NCBI GenBank assembly: GCA_963666565.1
Contig: OY762911.1
Coordinates: 2,528,001 to 2,592,000, forward strand
Reading direction: 5' to 3'
DNA length: 64,000 nucleotides
DNA from: Thermoanaerobaculia bacterium
GTDB lineage: Bacteria; Acidobacteriota; Thermoanaerobaculia; Multivoradales; Multivoraceae
Under the pieces are notes generated by a model, which saw only the letters and a program-made list of their open reading frames with translations, was not told the origin of the DNA and did not search any database. The first letter of the stretch is position 1; each line of letters starts with the position of its first letter. The position numbers and the translations under genes are program-made. This document shows, in pieces, positions 20,730-32,207 of this stretch.

Positions 20730-23178
20730 TTCGAGGTGGCCTCGCGGCCTGGCGTGGCCGGTCGCGCTCGCGGCCGTCCTGCTGCTTGCCGCGCCGGCGG
20801 CAGGCCAGATGCTGGTGGGCCGGCCGATCGCGTCCGTCGAGTACGCGGGCGTCGAGACCCTGAGCGAGGAGAGTCTCAACTACTACCTGGACGTCGAGCC
20901 GGGCAAGCCCTGGGATCCGGGCCGCGTGAACGAGCGGATCCGGGAACTGTGGGAGCGCAAGCTGATCGACGACATCACGATCGGGGCCGAAGCGGAGGGG
21001 GACGGCGTCAAGGTCCTCGTGACCGTCGTCGAGAGGCCGCTGCTCGTGTCGCTCGAGTACGACGGCCTGAAGAAGGTGAAGCGCAGCGACATCGGCGACA
21101 TGACGGACCGCGAGCGGATCTCCGTCTACGAGGGCCTGCCGCTCGACCTGGGCGAACTGGCGCGGCTGGAACAGGCGATCAAGAAACTCTACGAAGAGCG
21201 GGGCTTCCGGTTCGCCGGCATCCACGTCGAGATCCAGGACGCCGGTCTCGGCGAGAAGCGGGTGCTGATCACCGTCGACGAGGGCGGCCGGGTCAAGATC
21301 GGCCAGGTCGACTTCGAGGGCAACGAGGTGTTCTCGCCCGGCCGGCTGCGCCGCCAGATGGAGAAGACGAAGAAGTCGAACCTGCTCACCCGGATCCGCA
21401 AGCGGGACGTGTTCAACTCGGCGACCGTCCAGGAGGACCTGGACAAGGTCAAGGACCTCTACCGCCGCTTCGGCTACAAGGACGTCGAGGTCGGCGATCC
21501 CGAACTCGACGTGATCGAGCGCAAGCCGAACGCCGAGCGCATCGAGGATCGCAAGCGGCAGTTGGCGCTGGTGGTGCCGATCGAGGAAGGGCCGCGCTGG
21601 AAGCTGGGCGAGGTGGACGTCGACGGCGCCGAGGTGCTGCCGGAGGAACTGCTGGTCCGGATGTTCAAGGACCCGAAGGGCGGCTGGCTGCGCTCGGACG
21701 TGATCGACGAGGGCATGGAGCAAATCCAGGAGCTCTACCGGAACAGCGGCTACATCTTCGCGGACGTGAAGATGGAGATCGTCGAGCAGGAGGACCTGGT
21801 GGCGGACATTCTCGTGACGGTCGAGGAGAACGACCAGTTCCGGATCGGACGGATGGAGTTCACCGGCAACGACCGGACGCGCGACCGGGTCCTGCGGCGG
21901 CAGATGCTGCTCAAGGAAGGCGACGTCTTCAACTCCGGCATGCTGCGCACCAGCCTGCTGCGGCTGAGCCAGCTCGAGTACTACGTGGTCAACGAGGACG
22001 AGCCGGTCGACGTCGACTACAAGACGGACGACAAGCAGGTCGACATCACCGTCAAGGGCACGGAGACCGGCCAGACCGAGGTCCAGTTCGGCGGCGGCTA
22101 CAGCGAACTGGACGGCTTCTTCGTCCAGTCGGCGTTGCGGACGCGCAACTTCCTGGGTCGGGGCGAGACGGTCGGCGTGTCGATCCAGACCGGCCGCTAC
22201 CGCGACATCTTCGACGTCTCCTACTACATGCCCTGGGTCAAGGACCGGCCCCAGAACTTCGGGGTCCAGCTCTTCAATCGGGACACGGACTTCGACCTCC
22301 TGATCGACCAGCGCTACCGGAGCAAGGAGGCCGGCGGCGTCATCACCTTCGGCCGGAACTTCCGCCGCTGGGAGATGATCCAGATGTCCTACAGCAACAT
22401 GGACATCGAGAGCTACCAGTCGCAGACCTTCTACTTCTTCGACAACCCGGAAGTGACGGAGGGCGACCCGTCGAGCGACACCTTCGAGCAGGCGTTCCAG
22501 TTCAACCGCCGCTCGGTCACCGCGACCTACCAGTACGACAGCCACAACAGCCGCCTCGAACCGACCCAGGGCAAGCGCCTGGTCGCGTCCCTCGAGTACG
22601 CGGGCGGACCGCTGGGCGGCGAGTCCTACTTCATCCGGCCGTCGCTGACCGCGGCGATCACCGTGCCGCTCTCGAGCCGCGGCTTGCGGACGGTGGGGCG
22701 GGCCAACCTCCAGCTCGGCTACATCGAGCCGTTCGGCGAGGACGACGCCGGCAACCTGCGCCGCCTGTTCTTCCTCGACCGCTACCTGCTGGGCGGCGAG
22801 AACAGCCTGCGCGGCTTCGCCTTCCGGTCGATCTGGGTCCGCGATCCGGAGACCGGCCGCACCGTCCTCGACGAGAACGGCTTCCCCCAGGGCGGCAACA
22901 AGAGCGTCGTGTTCAACCTGGAGCACCACACCCTCGTCAACGGTCCCTTCCGCGTCGTGGCGTTCTTCGACGCCGGCAACGTCTACGGCGACGACCAGGA
23001 CGTCGACTTCGATCACATGCGGATGTCGGCCGGGATCGAGCTGCGGGTCAACGTGCCCATCCTTGGAGCCCCGCTCCGTTTCATCTACGCTACGAACCTC
23101 AATCCGCTGGACGACCTCGGCGGTTACGACCGCGAACGCTTCGACAGCTTCGACTTCAGCATCGGCACCAGCTTCTGA
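20716..23178 (+). CDS. bamA: outer membrane protein assembly factor BamA
   Basis: Signal peptide, POTRA repeats ('FEGNEVFS', 'FTGNDRTRDRVLRR'), 'NFLGRG', 'LRGF', C-terminal 'FSIGTSF'. AGGAGG precedes TTG 20716. Confidence 0.93.
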
Positions 23179-23201
23179 CGCCTAAACGGAGAACCACGAA
23201 G

Positions 23202-23753
23202 ATGAACCTCAAGACCCCTGGATTCCGCGTCGCCGCGGCGACCGCCGCGCTCGCCGCCGGCGTCCTCCTGGCCGGGCCGGCCCTGGCCCAGAGCAAGATC
23301 GCCGTGGTGGAGGTCGAGCGCCTGCTGCAGGAGTCGGCGCGCGGGCAGATCGCGGTTCAGGAACTCACCCGCCTCCGGGACGAGAAGCAGGCGGAACTGG
23401 CGAACCGGCAGGAGCAACTGGCGGCGCTGCAGAAGCAGTACAACGACGGCCGGCTCACGCTGGCCGAAGACCGGCTGGCCGAGATGGAGAAGCAGCTCGA
23501 GGACAGGACGATCGACCTGCGCCGCGCCCAGGACGACGCGAACCGCGAGATGCAGAAGGTGCAGGGCGAGAGGTTCGGCGAGATCGAACAGGCGGTGCTG
23601 CCGATCATCTCCCAGGTCGGCCGGGAGTTCGGCTACACGGCGATCTTCAACAAGTTCCAGGGCGGCCTGCTGTTCGCCGCCGACGCCGCGGACATCACGA
23701 ACCTGATCATCGAGCGCTACAACGCCGCCTACCCGGCCACTCCCGCCGAGTAG
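23202..23753 (+). CDS. skp: OmpH/Skp periplasmic chaperone
   Basis: Signal peptide, 'KIAVVEVERLLQES', coiled coil, 'ADITNLIIERYN'. Directly follows bamA. Confidence 0.9.
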   Translation: MNLKTPGFRVAAATAALAAGVLLAGPALAQSKIAVVEVERLLQESARGQIAVQELTRLRDEKQAELANRQEQLAALQKQYNDGRLTLAEDRLAEMEKQLEDRTIDLRRAQDDANREMQKVQGERFGEIEQAVLPIISQVGREFGYTAIFNKFQGGLLFAADAADITNLIIERYNAAYPATPAE

Positions 23754-23857
23754 CGCGGCAACCGTCGGTGCGCGGGCCCTCTGGCCCGCTGCCGCCGCGG
23801 GCGGCCCGGGGAGCGCGTCGGCCGTCAGGCCGACTCCTCTCCGTTGCCGCGCTACTC
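23748..23857. repeat. 110-bp REPIN/MITE-like element with 15-bp perfect terminal inverted repeats and two internal hairpins
   Basis: GAGTAGCGCGGCAAC (23748-23762) pairs with GTTGCCGCGCTACTC (23843-23857). Internal stems at 23772-23789 and 23817-23834. Confidence 0.7.
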
Positions 23858-25237
23858 CGCGTTGCGGATGCTGTAGAGCTTCGACCGGGTGCGAATCAGC
23901 AGCCGGTCGCCCGCGACCGCCGGCGACGCCATCGCCATCTCGTCGAGGCTGTTCACGTGGAGCACCTCGTACTCCGGGCCGGCGCGGATCACGTAGGTGT
24001 CGCCCTGCTCGCTCAGCGCGAATACGCGGTCGTTGTAGGCCCACGGCGATGAGGTGAAGCTGGCGCCGCCGCGGGGCGCCACGCGCTTCCGGCCGTAGAC
24101 CGGCTCGCCGTTCAGCGCGTCGTACGCCTCGAAGAAGCCGCGGTCCAGCAGGCTGTAGTAGACGCCCTTGTAGACCAGCGGCGACGTGTTGTAGTTGCCG
24201 GCCTTGGGCTGGTGCCAGGCGACGAACTCGCTTTCCGTCGCCTCGCCTTCCAGGGTGATGTCGCCCAGCGCGCCCGGACGGATGGCGAAGACCGGCCGCC
24301 GCTGGTCCTGGAAGTAGCCGGAGTTGACGTAGACCATGTCGTGCGCGGCGAACGGCGTGGCGATGGCCGCCCAGGACATGCGACCGTCCATCTCCCACAG
24401 CAGTTCGCCGTCCAGCCCGTAGGAGCGGATGCGGTTCTTGCCGCTGGTGACGATCTCGGTCCGGGCCTCGTTCTCCCAGACGAACGGCGTGGCCCAGCTC
24501 GACACCTCTTCGCGGCCGGTGCGCCAGCGCTCCTCGCCGGTGCGCTTGTCGAGGGCCGCGATCCAGGACTCCTCCTCGTTGTCGTAGAGGACGATCAGCA
24601 GGTCGCCGTGCAGCACGGGCGACGAGGCGGAGCCGTAGTCCCACATCGTCGGCCGGTACGGCGTGTCGAAGCTCCACACCGGCTCGCCCTCCATCGTGAA
24701 GGCGTACACGCCGAGGTCGCCGAAGCGCGCGTACACGCGCTCGCCGTCCGTGGTCGGGGTCTCGGAGGCGTAGGTCTGCTTCTGGTGGCGCGGGAACTCG
24801 GGGACGCCGGCCTTGACCGAGCGCTCCCACAGCACCTCGCCGGTCGCCGCGTCCAGGCAGTAGACGCGCCAGTCGTGCTCAGCCTGCGGCGGTTCGCTGC
24901 GCCCGCGGGCGGCGTAGAGGCCGGCCTGGGGGCGCTCGAACTCGCCTTCCGAGACCGCCGTCGTCAGGAACACCCGATCGCCCCAGACGATCGGACTGGA
25001 CCAGCCGAGACCGGGGATCTCGACGACCCACTCGACGTTCTCCGTCTGGCTCCAGCGGTCCGGCAGGGTCGGGTTGTCCTCGACCGCCGGGTTCATCCCG
25101 GGGCCGCGGAACTGGGGCCAGTTGTCGGCCGCGGGCGCGGCGGCGGCCGAGAGGACGAAGCAGGCGATGGCCGCGAGGCCGATGGCGGCCCGGCGGTCGG
25201 AGTGGCGACGGCGTCGGAGGGGCGTTGCTCTGTTCAT
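23852..25237 (-). CDS. secreted PQQ-like (BamB-type) beta-propeller repeat protein
   Basis: Signal peptide, then 'DNWPQFRGP', 'GWSSPIVWGDRVF', repeated 'LDxxTGExxW' blades, and 'ASPAV...LLIRT'. Confidence 0.85.
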   Translation of the reverse strand: MNRATPLRRRRHSDRRAAIGLAAIACFVLSAAAAPAADNWPQFRGPGMNPAVEDNPTLPDRWSQTENVEWVVEIPGLGWSSPIVWGDRVFLTTAVSEGEFERPQAGLYAARGRSEPPQAEHDWRVYCLDAATGEVLWERSVKAGVPEFPRHQKQTYASETPTTDGERVYARFGDLGVYAFTMEGEPVWSFDTPYRPTMWDYGSASSPVLHGDLLIVLYDNEEESWIAALDKRTGEERWRTGREEVSSWATPFVWENEARTEIVTSGKNRIRSYGLDGELLWEMDGRMSWAAIATPFAAHDMVYVNSGYFQDQRRPVFAIRPGALGDITLEGEATESEFVAWHQPKAGNYNTSPLVYKGVYYSLLDRGFFEAYDALNGEPVYGRKRVAPRGGASFTSSPWAYNDRVFALSEQGDTYVIRAGPEYEVLHVNSLDEMAMASPAVAGDRLLIRTRSKLYSIRNAE

Positions 25238-25328
25238 CGAGATCGGACCTCCCGGTCTGAGTAGGGGGCGTTCGGCTGCGGGTCGTTGCGCATCGTATCC
25301 GCTCCGCCGGCGGCGCCCGGGGTTCCGG

Positions 25329-25334
25329 TAGGCT
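25329..25334 (+). promoter_or_regulatory. -10 box TAGGCT, probable leaderless lpxD promoter
   Basis: TAnnnT 6 nt before GTG 25341; no SD. Confidence 0.5.
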
Positions 25335-25340
25335 CGCTTC

Positions 25341-26432
25341 GTGACCCACCGCCTCGCCGATCTTGCCGCAATGGTCGGCGCCGACCTCGTGGGCGACGCG
25401 GACCGGCCGATCGACGGCATCGCCACACTGGAGGCCGCGGGGCCCGCGGATCTCTCCTTTCTGACGAATCCGCGGTACCGGGAGCAGGCGCTGGCTTCCG
25501 GCGCGGGCGCCCTGCTCGTTTCGCGGGACCTGTCCGCCGAGACGCTTGCCGGCCTCCGCGCCGACCTGGTGCTCTGCGACGACGCGTACCGGGCCCTGGC
25601 CGACCTGATGACGGCCCTGTTTCCCGTGCCCGAGGCGGATCCCGGCGTCCACCCGACGGCCTGCGTGGACGCTTCGGCCGAGGTCGACGCCAGCGCCCGG
25701 GTGGACGCCTTCGCCGTGGTGGGCGCCGGGTCGACCCTCGGTCCGGGGACGGCGGTCGGCGCCCACTGCGTGGTCGGCCGCGGCTGCAGCCTGGGCGCCG
25801 GCACGGTGCTCCATCCCCACGTCGTGGTCTACGACGGCGCCCGGGTCGGCAAGCGGGTAGTGGTTCACTCCGGCGTCGTGCTGGGCGCCGACGGCTTCGG
25901 CTACGCGGAGGGCGCGGAGGCCGCGTCCCAGGTCAAGCTGCCCCAGGTCGGCGTCGTCGTCATCGAGGACGACGTGGAGATCGGCGCCAACTCGGCGGTG
26001 GACCGGGCCACCTTCGACGCGACGACGATCGGGCGCGGAACGAAGATCGACAACCTGGTGCAGGTCGGCCACAACGCCCGGATCGGCCGGGGGTGCATCC
26101 TCTGCGGCCAGGCGGGAGTCTCCGGCAGCAGCCGCATCGGCGACCGGGTGCTGCTGGCGGGACAGGCGGGCGTCGCCGGCCACTTCCGGATCGGCGACGG
26201 GGTCCAGGTGGCGGCCAAGTCGGCGGTGTTCCAGGAGGTGGAGGACGGCCGGCAGGTCGCGGGGATCCCGGCCGTGCCGATCGCTTCCTGGCGCCGGCGG
26301 AACGCGCTACAGTCCCGCCTGCCGGCGATGCGCAGCGCCCTTCGCGGTCTCGAGCGCCGTGTCAGCGAACTCGAGGCGGAGGCGAAGGCCGGCGCCGAGG
26401 ACCCGGCGGCGGGCGGCGGAGACGAGACGTGA
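25341..26432 (+). CDS. lpxD: UDP-3-O-acylglucosamine N-acyltransferase
   Basis: 'LSFLTNPRY', hexapeptide repeats, 'GADGFGY', '[12 protein letters not shown]', '[12 protein letters not shown]'. Confidence 0.95.
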   Translation: MTHRLADLAAMVGADLVGDADRPIDGIATLEAAGPADLSFLTNPRYREQALASGAGALLVSRDLSAETLAGLRADLVLCDDAYRALADLMTALFPVPEADPGVHPTACVDASAEVDASARVDAFAVVGAGSTLGPGTAVGAHCVVGRGCSLGAGTVLHPHVVVYDGARVGKRVVVHSGVVLGADGFGYAEGAEAASQVKLPQVGVVVIEDDVEIGANSAVDRATFDATTIGRGTKIDNLVQVGHNARIGRGCILCGQAGVSGSSRIGDRVLLAGQAGVAGHFRIGDGVQVAAKSAVFQEVEDGRQVAGIPAVPIASWRRRNALQSRLPAMRSALRGLERRVSELEAEAKAGAEDPAAGGGDET

Positions 26433-26908
26433 GCAGCGAGGAACAGGGAACCGGCGGCGCGGGCGGGGCGCTCGGGCCGTTCGACGCGCGCTGGATAGAG
26501 AGCGTGCTACCGCACCGCTACCCGATCCTCCTGGTGGACCGGGTGCTGGAACTCGTGCCGGGACAGCGGGTCGTTGCGATCAAGAACGTGACCCGCAACG
26601 AGCCGTTCTTCGACGGCCACTTCCCGGGCAACCCGATCATGCCGGGGGTTCTGGTCATCGAGGCGATGGCGCAGGCGGCGGGCCTGCTGCTGCTGCACGA
26701 GATCGAGGACCGGGACCGGCGGATTCTCTTCTTCTCCGGCATCGAGAAGGCACGCTTCCGGCGCCCGGTCGTCCCCGGCGACCGGATCCGGATGGAAGTC
26801 GAGTCGCTCCGCCTGCGCACCGTCCACTCCCGCTTCCGGGGCCGCGCCACGGTCGACGGCGAACTGGCGGTGGAGGCCGTCTGCACGTCCACCATGGTGA
26901 CGCCCTGA
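26429..26908 (+). CDS. fabZ: 3-hydroxyacyl-ACP dehydratase
   Basis: '[13 protein letters not shown]', '[26 protein letters not shown]', 'FRRPVVPGD'. Confidence 0.95.
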   Translation: MSSEEQGTGGAGGALGPFDARWIESVLPHRYPILLVDRVLELVPGQRVVAIKNVTRNEPFFDGHFPGNPIMPGVLVIEAMAQAAGLLLLHEIEDRDRRILFFSGIEKARFRRPVVPGDRIRMEVESLRLRTVHSRFRGRATVDGELAVEAVCTSTMVTP

Positions 26909-26933
26909 AGAGCCGCGGACCGCGGCGCGCGCC

Positions 26934-27746
<813 letters not shown>

Positions 27747-27760
27747 GGCGGCAGAGGGCC

Positions 27761-28801
27761 GTGTCGCGCCGGGAGCGCTCAGGCGCACACGCAGCGGGCC
27801 GCGACGCCCGGACCGGCGCGGACTTGCGGGCGGGCGTCGTCGGCGCGGGCGCGATGGGCCGGCATCACGTCCGCCTCCTGGCGGACCTGGTGGGCCCCGG
27901 GTCGGTGGTCGTGGCCGACGTGAACGCGGCTCGGGCGGAGGGTCTCGCGGCGGAGCACGGCGCGGGCGTCGTGGCCGGAGTCGCCGAGACGATCGACGCC
28001 GTCGACGTCGCGGTGGTCGCGGTGCCGACGGTCGATCACCTGGAGGTGGCGGGACGGTTGATCGAAGCCGGCGTCCACGTGCTGGTGGAGAAGCCGGTCG
28101 CCGCGGATCTCGAGGAGGCGGACGCCCTGATCGCGGCGGCCGCGTCGCGGGGCGCGGTGCTGGCGGTCGGGCATGTCGAGTTCTACAATCCCGCCGTCCA
28201 GGAGGTGCTGGCGCTGGGGCTCGCGCCCCGGTTCATCGAAGTCGAACGGATGTCCCCGTTCAGTCCGCGCAGCCTGGACGTCGACGTCGTGCTCGACCTG
28301 ATGATCCACGACCTGCAGATTCTCCACGCCCTCGACCCGAGCCCGGTGCGGGAAGTGCGGGCGGTCGGCATCGACGTCCTGTCGGACCGGGTCGACATCG
28401 CCGACGCGCGGATCGAACTCGAATCCGGGTGCGTGGCGAACCTGACCGCGTCCCGGGTGTCGGCCGAACGGGTGCGGCAGTTGCGGGTCTTCTTCGAGGA
28501 CCGCTACTTCTCGCTCGACTACCAGGAGCAGACGGTGCGCGGCGCGCGGCGGGTGCGCGGCGCGGAGGCCGGCGGCGGGGAGACTGGGGGCGCGGCCGCG
28601 ATGGCGGCCGGCGGGCCGGCGGGCCGGATCGTGCCGGCCGACCTCGAGATCGAACGCGGCGAGCCGCTGCGGCTCGAACTGGAGGCGTTTCTCGACCGCT
28701 GCGCCGGCGGCGCGGCCCCGTTCGTCGACGGCGCGGCCGGCCGGCGGGCGCTGGAGACGGCGCTGCTGGTCAACTCGACGATCGCCGGGGGCGCGGCGTG
28801 A
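27761..28801 (+). CDS. Gfo/Idh/MocA oxidoreductase, GnnA-like (UDP-GlcNAc 3-dehydrogenase candidate)
   Basis: 'GVVGAGAMGRHH', 'VLVEKP', 'VGHVEFYNP', 'DVDVVLDLMIHD', 'ANLTASRVS'. Lies immediately after lpxA. Confidence 0.8.
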   Translation: MSRRERSGAHAAGRDARTGADLRAGVVGAGAMGRHHVRLLADLVGPGSVVVADVNAARAEGLAAEHGAGVVAGVAETIDAVDVAVVAVPTVDHLEVAGRLIEAGVHVLVEKPVAADLEEADALIAAAASRGAVLAVGHVEFYNPAVQEVLALGLAPRFIEVERMSPFSPRSLDVDVVLDLMIHDLQILHALDPSPVREVRAVGIDVLSDRVDIADARIELESGCVANLTASRVSAERVRQLRVFFEDRYFSLDYQEQTVRGARRVRGAEAGGGETGGAAAMAAGGPAGRIVPADLEIERGEPLRLELEAFLDRCAGGAAPFVDGAAGRRALETALLVNSTIAGGAA

Positions 28802-29694
28802 GCGCGGACGCCTGGCCGATCGGGATCGTCGGCGGCTCCGGCCTCTACGGCATGGAGGCGCTGCGGGTTCACGAGGAACGAGCCGTCGAGACGCCGTTCG
28901 GCAACCCCTCCGAGGTCTTCGTCCTGGGGGAACTGGCGGGCCGGCGCGTCGCTTTCCTGGCCCGGCACGGCCGCGGCCACCGCATCCTGCCCAGCGAGCT
29001 GAACTTCCGCGCCAACGTCTACGCCTTCAAGACGCTCGGGGTGGAGCGGCTGATCTCCCTGTCCGCGGTCGGGTCGCTGCGTCGGCGCTACGAGCCGACC
29101 CACATCGTCGTGCCGGACCAGTTCATCGACCGCACGCGGCATCGGCCCGACACCTTCTTCGGCGGGGGGCTGGCGGCCCACGTCGCGTTCGCCGATCCGA
29201 TCTGTCCGGTTCTGATGGAGGTCTGCGCGGAGCAGTCGGCGGCGGCGGGGGCGACGGTGCATCGCGGCGGAACCTACGTCTGCATGGAGGGGCCCCAGTT
29301 CTCCACCCGCGCCGAGTCCTTCATGCACAGGGGCTGGGGCGCGGACGTGATCGGAATGACGAACCTGCAGGAGGCGAAGCTCGCCCGCGAAGCGGAGATC
29401 TGCTACGCGACGCTGGCTCTCGTCACGGACTACGACTGCTGGCACGAGGAAGAAGAGGACGTGACGGTCGACGCGGTCCTCGCCGTCCTGCGGCGGAACG
29501 CGCGCACCGCTCAGGCGGCGGTGGCCCGGATCGTGGCGGCGCTGCCGGACGGGCGCCGGCCCGGGGCGTGTCCCTGCGTCGATGCCCTGGAGCACGCGTT
29601 GATCACCGATCCGGCGGCGGTGCCGGCCTCCGTGAAGCGCGATCTGGCGCCGATCGTCGGCCGCCTGCTGGGCGACGGCGGCGGGGACGCCTGA
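28798..29694 (+). CDS. mtnP: S-methyl-5'-thioadenosine phosphorylase
   Basis: 'GIVGGSGLY', 'FLARHGRGH', 'PDQFIDRT', 'EGPQFSTRAES', 'IGMTNLQEAKLAREAE', 'VTDYDCW'. Confidence 0.93.
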   Translation: MSADAWPIGIVGGSGLYGMEALRVHEERAVETPFGNPSEVFVLGELAGRRVAFLARHGRGHRILPSELNFRANVYAFKTLGVERLISLSAVGSLRRRYEPTHIVVPDQFIDRTRHRPDTFFGGGLAAHVAFADPICPVLMEVCAEQSAAAGATVHRGGTYVCMEGPQFSTRAESFMHRGWGADVIGMTNLQEAKLAREAEICYATLALVTDYDCWHEEEEDVTVDAVLAVLRRNARTAQAAVARIVAALPDGRRPGACPCVDALEHALITDPAAVPASVKRDLAPIVGRLLGDGGGDA

Positions 29695-29729
29695 GCGGCG
29701 AACGGAACGTGCGGAAAGGAACCGAGCCG

Positions 29730-30509
29730 ATGAGCGCCGCCAGACTGCTGCTGACCAACGACGACGGCGTGGACGCGCCGGGCCTGCGCTGTCTGGCGGC
29801 CGCCCTCGACGGGGCGTCGACCTCCAGGGGGCCGATCTCCTACCGGGTGGCGGCGCCGCAGTACGAGCAGAGCGGTTGCAGCCAGGCGCTCACGCTCTTC
29901 CGGCCGCTCCGCGCGAAGCAGGTGCGGGAAGGCTGGTTCGCGGTGGACGGCACGCCCTCGGACTGCGTCAACGTGGCGGTCCACTCGCTGCTGGACGAAC
30001 CGCCCGACCTGCTCGTCTCCGGCGTGAACATGGGCGTCAACCTGGGCGACGACGTGACCCACAGCGGCACCGTCGGCGCCGCGCTGGAGGGACGGCTGCT
30101 CGGCCTGCCGGCGGTCGCCTTCTCGCAGGAGTACCGCAAGGCGCGGCGCGCCGACATGGAGCGCGCCGCGGCGTTGGCGGCCCGCGCGATCGTCTCGCTG
30201 GTGGAGCAGGGCATTCCCGAGCGCCTGCTGCTGAACGTGAACTTCCCGTTCGACCCGCCGCGCGGCGTCAAGGTGGCGCGGCTCGGGCGGCGGCCCTACC
30301 GGAACACGATCGTCCAACAGGCCGACCCGCGCGGCGGGACGATGTACTGGATCGTCGGCAAGCCGGACCCGGAGCGCCTGCACGACACGGACGCGGCGGC
30401 GATCCGGGACGGCTACGTATCCATCACGCCGCTCACCGCCGACCTGACCGACCGCGACGCGATGGGCGAGGACGCGGTTCTGCCGCGGCTCGCGGGAGCG
30501 CTGACTTGA
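29730..30509 (+). CDS. surE: 5'/3'-nucleotidase SurE
   Basis: '[12 protein letters not shown]', 'VDGTPSDCV', '[18 protein letters not shown]', 'SITPL'. Confidence 0.95.
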   Translation: MSAARLLLTNDDGVDAPGLRCLAAALDGASTSRGPISYRVAAPQYEQSGCSQALTLFRPLRAKQVREGWFAVDGTPSDCVNVAVHSLLDEPPDLLVSGVNMGVNLGDDVTHSGTVGAALEGRLLGLPAVAFSQEYRKARRADMERAAALAARAIVSLVEQGIPERLLLNVNFPFDPPRGVKVARLGRRPYRNTIVQQADPRGGTMYWIVGKPDPERLHDTDAAAIRDGYVSITPLTADLTDRDAMGEDAVLPRLAGALT

Positions 30510-31195
30510 CGGCGCAGGCGGCGGCGCCGGACGCCGGCTACCGCTACGCCCGCCGCCGCATGGTGACCCAGATCGTCGAGCGGGGCGGCGTACGCGACGA
30601 GCGCGTGATCGCCGCCCTGGAGCGGGTGCCGCGCCACCTGTTCGTGCCCGAACACCTGGTGAACGACGCCTACGGCGACCGCGCGCTGCCGATCGGATGC
30701 GAGCAGACGATCTCCCAGCCCTACGTCGTGGCGCGGATGACGGAGGACCTGAAGGTGGGGGCGGAAGACTCGGTGCTGGAGATCGGCACCGGCTCCGGCT
30801 ACCAGACGGCGCTGCTGGCGCTGCTGGCGCGCCGCGTGTACAGCATCGAGCGCGTGGGCCAGTTGGCGCGGGAGGCGATCGGCCGGATCCAGGCTCTCGA
30901 ACTGCCGAACGTCAAGGTCCAGGTCTTCGACGGTACGGTGGGCTGGAGCGCCGAGGCCCCGTTCGACCGGATTCTGGTGGCCGCCGCCGCACCGCGGGTT
31001 CCGGAGTCGCTCCTCGAGCAACTGGCGCCGGGCGGCCGGCTTCTCGTTCCGGAGGGCGACCGCCACGACCAGCGCCTCGTCGCCTACCAGAAGTACAACG
31101 ACGGAACGGTCGCCCGCCAAGTCGGCGAAGCGGTGCGCTTCGTGCCGCTGATCGGCCGTCACGGCTGGAAGACGAAGGTGGAGGCGGCATCTTGA
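30506..31195 (+). CDS. pcm: protein-L-isoaspartate O-methyltransferase
   Basis: 'VPRHLFVP', '[10 protein letters not shown]', '[11 protein letters not shown]', 'APFDRI', 'FVPLIG'. Conserved surE-pcm order. Confidence 0.95.
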   Translation: MTAQAAAPDAGYRYARRRMVTQIVERGGVRDERVIAALERVPRHLFVPEHLVNDAYGDRALPIGCEQTISQPYVVARMTEDLKVGAEDSVLEIGTGSGYQTALLALLARRVYSIERVGQLAREAIGRIQALELPNVKVQVFDGTVGWSAEAPFDRILVAAAAPRVPESLLEQLAPGGRLLVPEGDRHDQRLVAYQKYNDGTVARQVGEAVRFVPLIGRHGWKTKVEAAS

Positions 31196-31734
31196 CGGCG
31201 GCGGCCGAGGCGGCGGCGAAGCGGCTGAAGGACCGGATCCGGGAGATCCCGGACTTCCCGAAGCCGGGCATCCTCTACAAGGACATCACGACGCTGCTCA
31301 AGGACCCGGCGGCGCTGCGGGACGCCGCCGACCTCTTGGCGGAGCGGTTCGCCGGCCGGCGCATCGACCAGGTCGTGGGCATCGAGGCACGCGGCTTCAT
31401 CTTCGCTCCGCTCGTGGCCTGCCGGCTGAACGCGGGGTTCGTGCCGGTGCGCAAGCCCGGCAAGCTGCCGGCCGAGACGGCCTCGCGCAGCTACGAGCTG
31501 GAGTACGGCCACGACACCCTGGAAATTCACCTCGACGGCATCGGCGCCGGCGACCGCGTCGCCCTGGTCGACGACCTGCTGGCCACGGGCGGCACCGCGA
31601 AGGCGGCGGCGGATCTGATCGAGTCCGTCGGCGGGACCGTCGACGCGATCGGCTTCGTCGTCGAACTCACCTACCTGGACGGCCGCCGCCGCCTCGACGG
31701 CTTCGACGTGGTTGAATCGCTGGTCCGTTACTGA
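31192..31734 (+). CDS. apt: adenine phosphoribosyltransferase
   Basis: '[15 protein letters not shown]', 'IEARGF', 'RKPGKLP', 'YELEYG', '[10 protein letters not shown]'. Confidence 0.95.
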   Translation: MTAAAEAAAKRLKDRIREIPDFPKPGILYKDITTLLKDPAALRDAADLLAERFAGRRIDQVVGIEARGFIFAPLVACRLNAGFVPVRKPGKLPAETASRSYELEYGHDTLEIHLDGIGAGDRVALVDDLLATGGTAKAAADLIESVGGTVDAIGFVVELTYLDGRRRLDGFDVVESLVRY

Positions 31735-31795
31735 GATCCTTCGACGGACCGCGCCGGCGACTGCCTCGCGGCAACCGTGTCGGACAGATGCGAGC

Positions 31796-31872
31796 GCGCC
31801 TGTAGCTCAGGTGGATAGAGCGGCGGATTCCTAATCCGCAGGTCGGAGGTTCGAGTCCTCCCAGGCGCACCA
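31796..31872 (+). tRNA. tRNA-Arg (anticodon CCT)
   Basis: Acceptor stem GCGCCTG/CAGGCGC, anticodon arm GCGGA-TTCCTAA-TCCGC, T-loop GTTCGAGTC, encoded 3' CCA. Confidence 0.95.
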
Positions 31873-31882
31873 CAACCCGCGT

Positions 31883-32068
31883 CTACTCCTCGATCTCCCG
31901 CTTCGGGGCGTCCTCTGCCTCGTCCCCTTCGGGCCCCTTCAGGCCTTCCTTGAAGTTCCGTATGCCGGTGCCCAGGCCGCCGGCGAGCTTCGGAATGCGG
32001 CTGGCGCCGAAGATCAGGACGACGATCGCAAGGACGATCAGAAGTTCGCCGATTCCGAGGGTGGGCAT
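31883..32068 (-). CDS. tatA: twin-arginine translocase TatA/TatE
   Basis: 'LGIGELLIVLAIVVLIFGASRIPKL...LG.GIRNFK'. Confidence 0.9.
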   Translation of the reverse strand: MPTLGIGELLIVLAIVVLIFGASRIPKLAGGLGTGIRNFKEGLKGPEGDEAEDAPKREIEE

Positions 32069-32207
32069 CTTTGGTGCTCCAGGTGGTTGACGGTCTGGAT
32101 CTGCGGAGGGACGGCCCGCTCGCTGCGGGGGCCGCCAGCCGAGTCTGCCACACCGCCGCGCCGTTCGCCGCTGGCTGCTAGTGTTCGCCGCTTCGGAGGG
32201 ATGCGGA

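Noticed and set aside
20736-23753. 1005-aa ORF ending in Skp, read as a fusion
   Set aside because: The upstream part is an off-frame shadow of bamA. Skp has its own RBS, ATG (23202) and signal peptide.
31796-31900. tRNA-Arg as an integration site for an island
   Set aside because: tatA follows 10 bp downstream. No integrase and no duplicated tRNA 3' end were seen.
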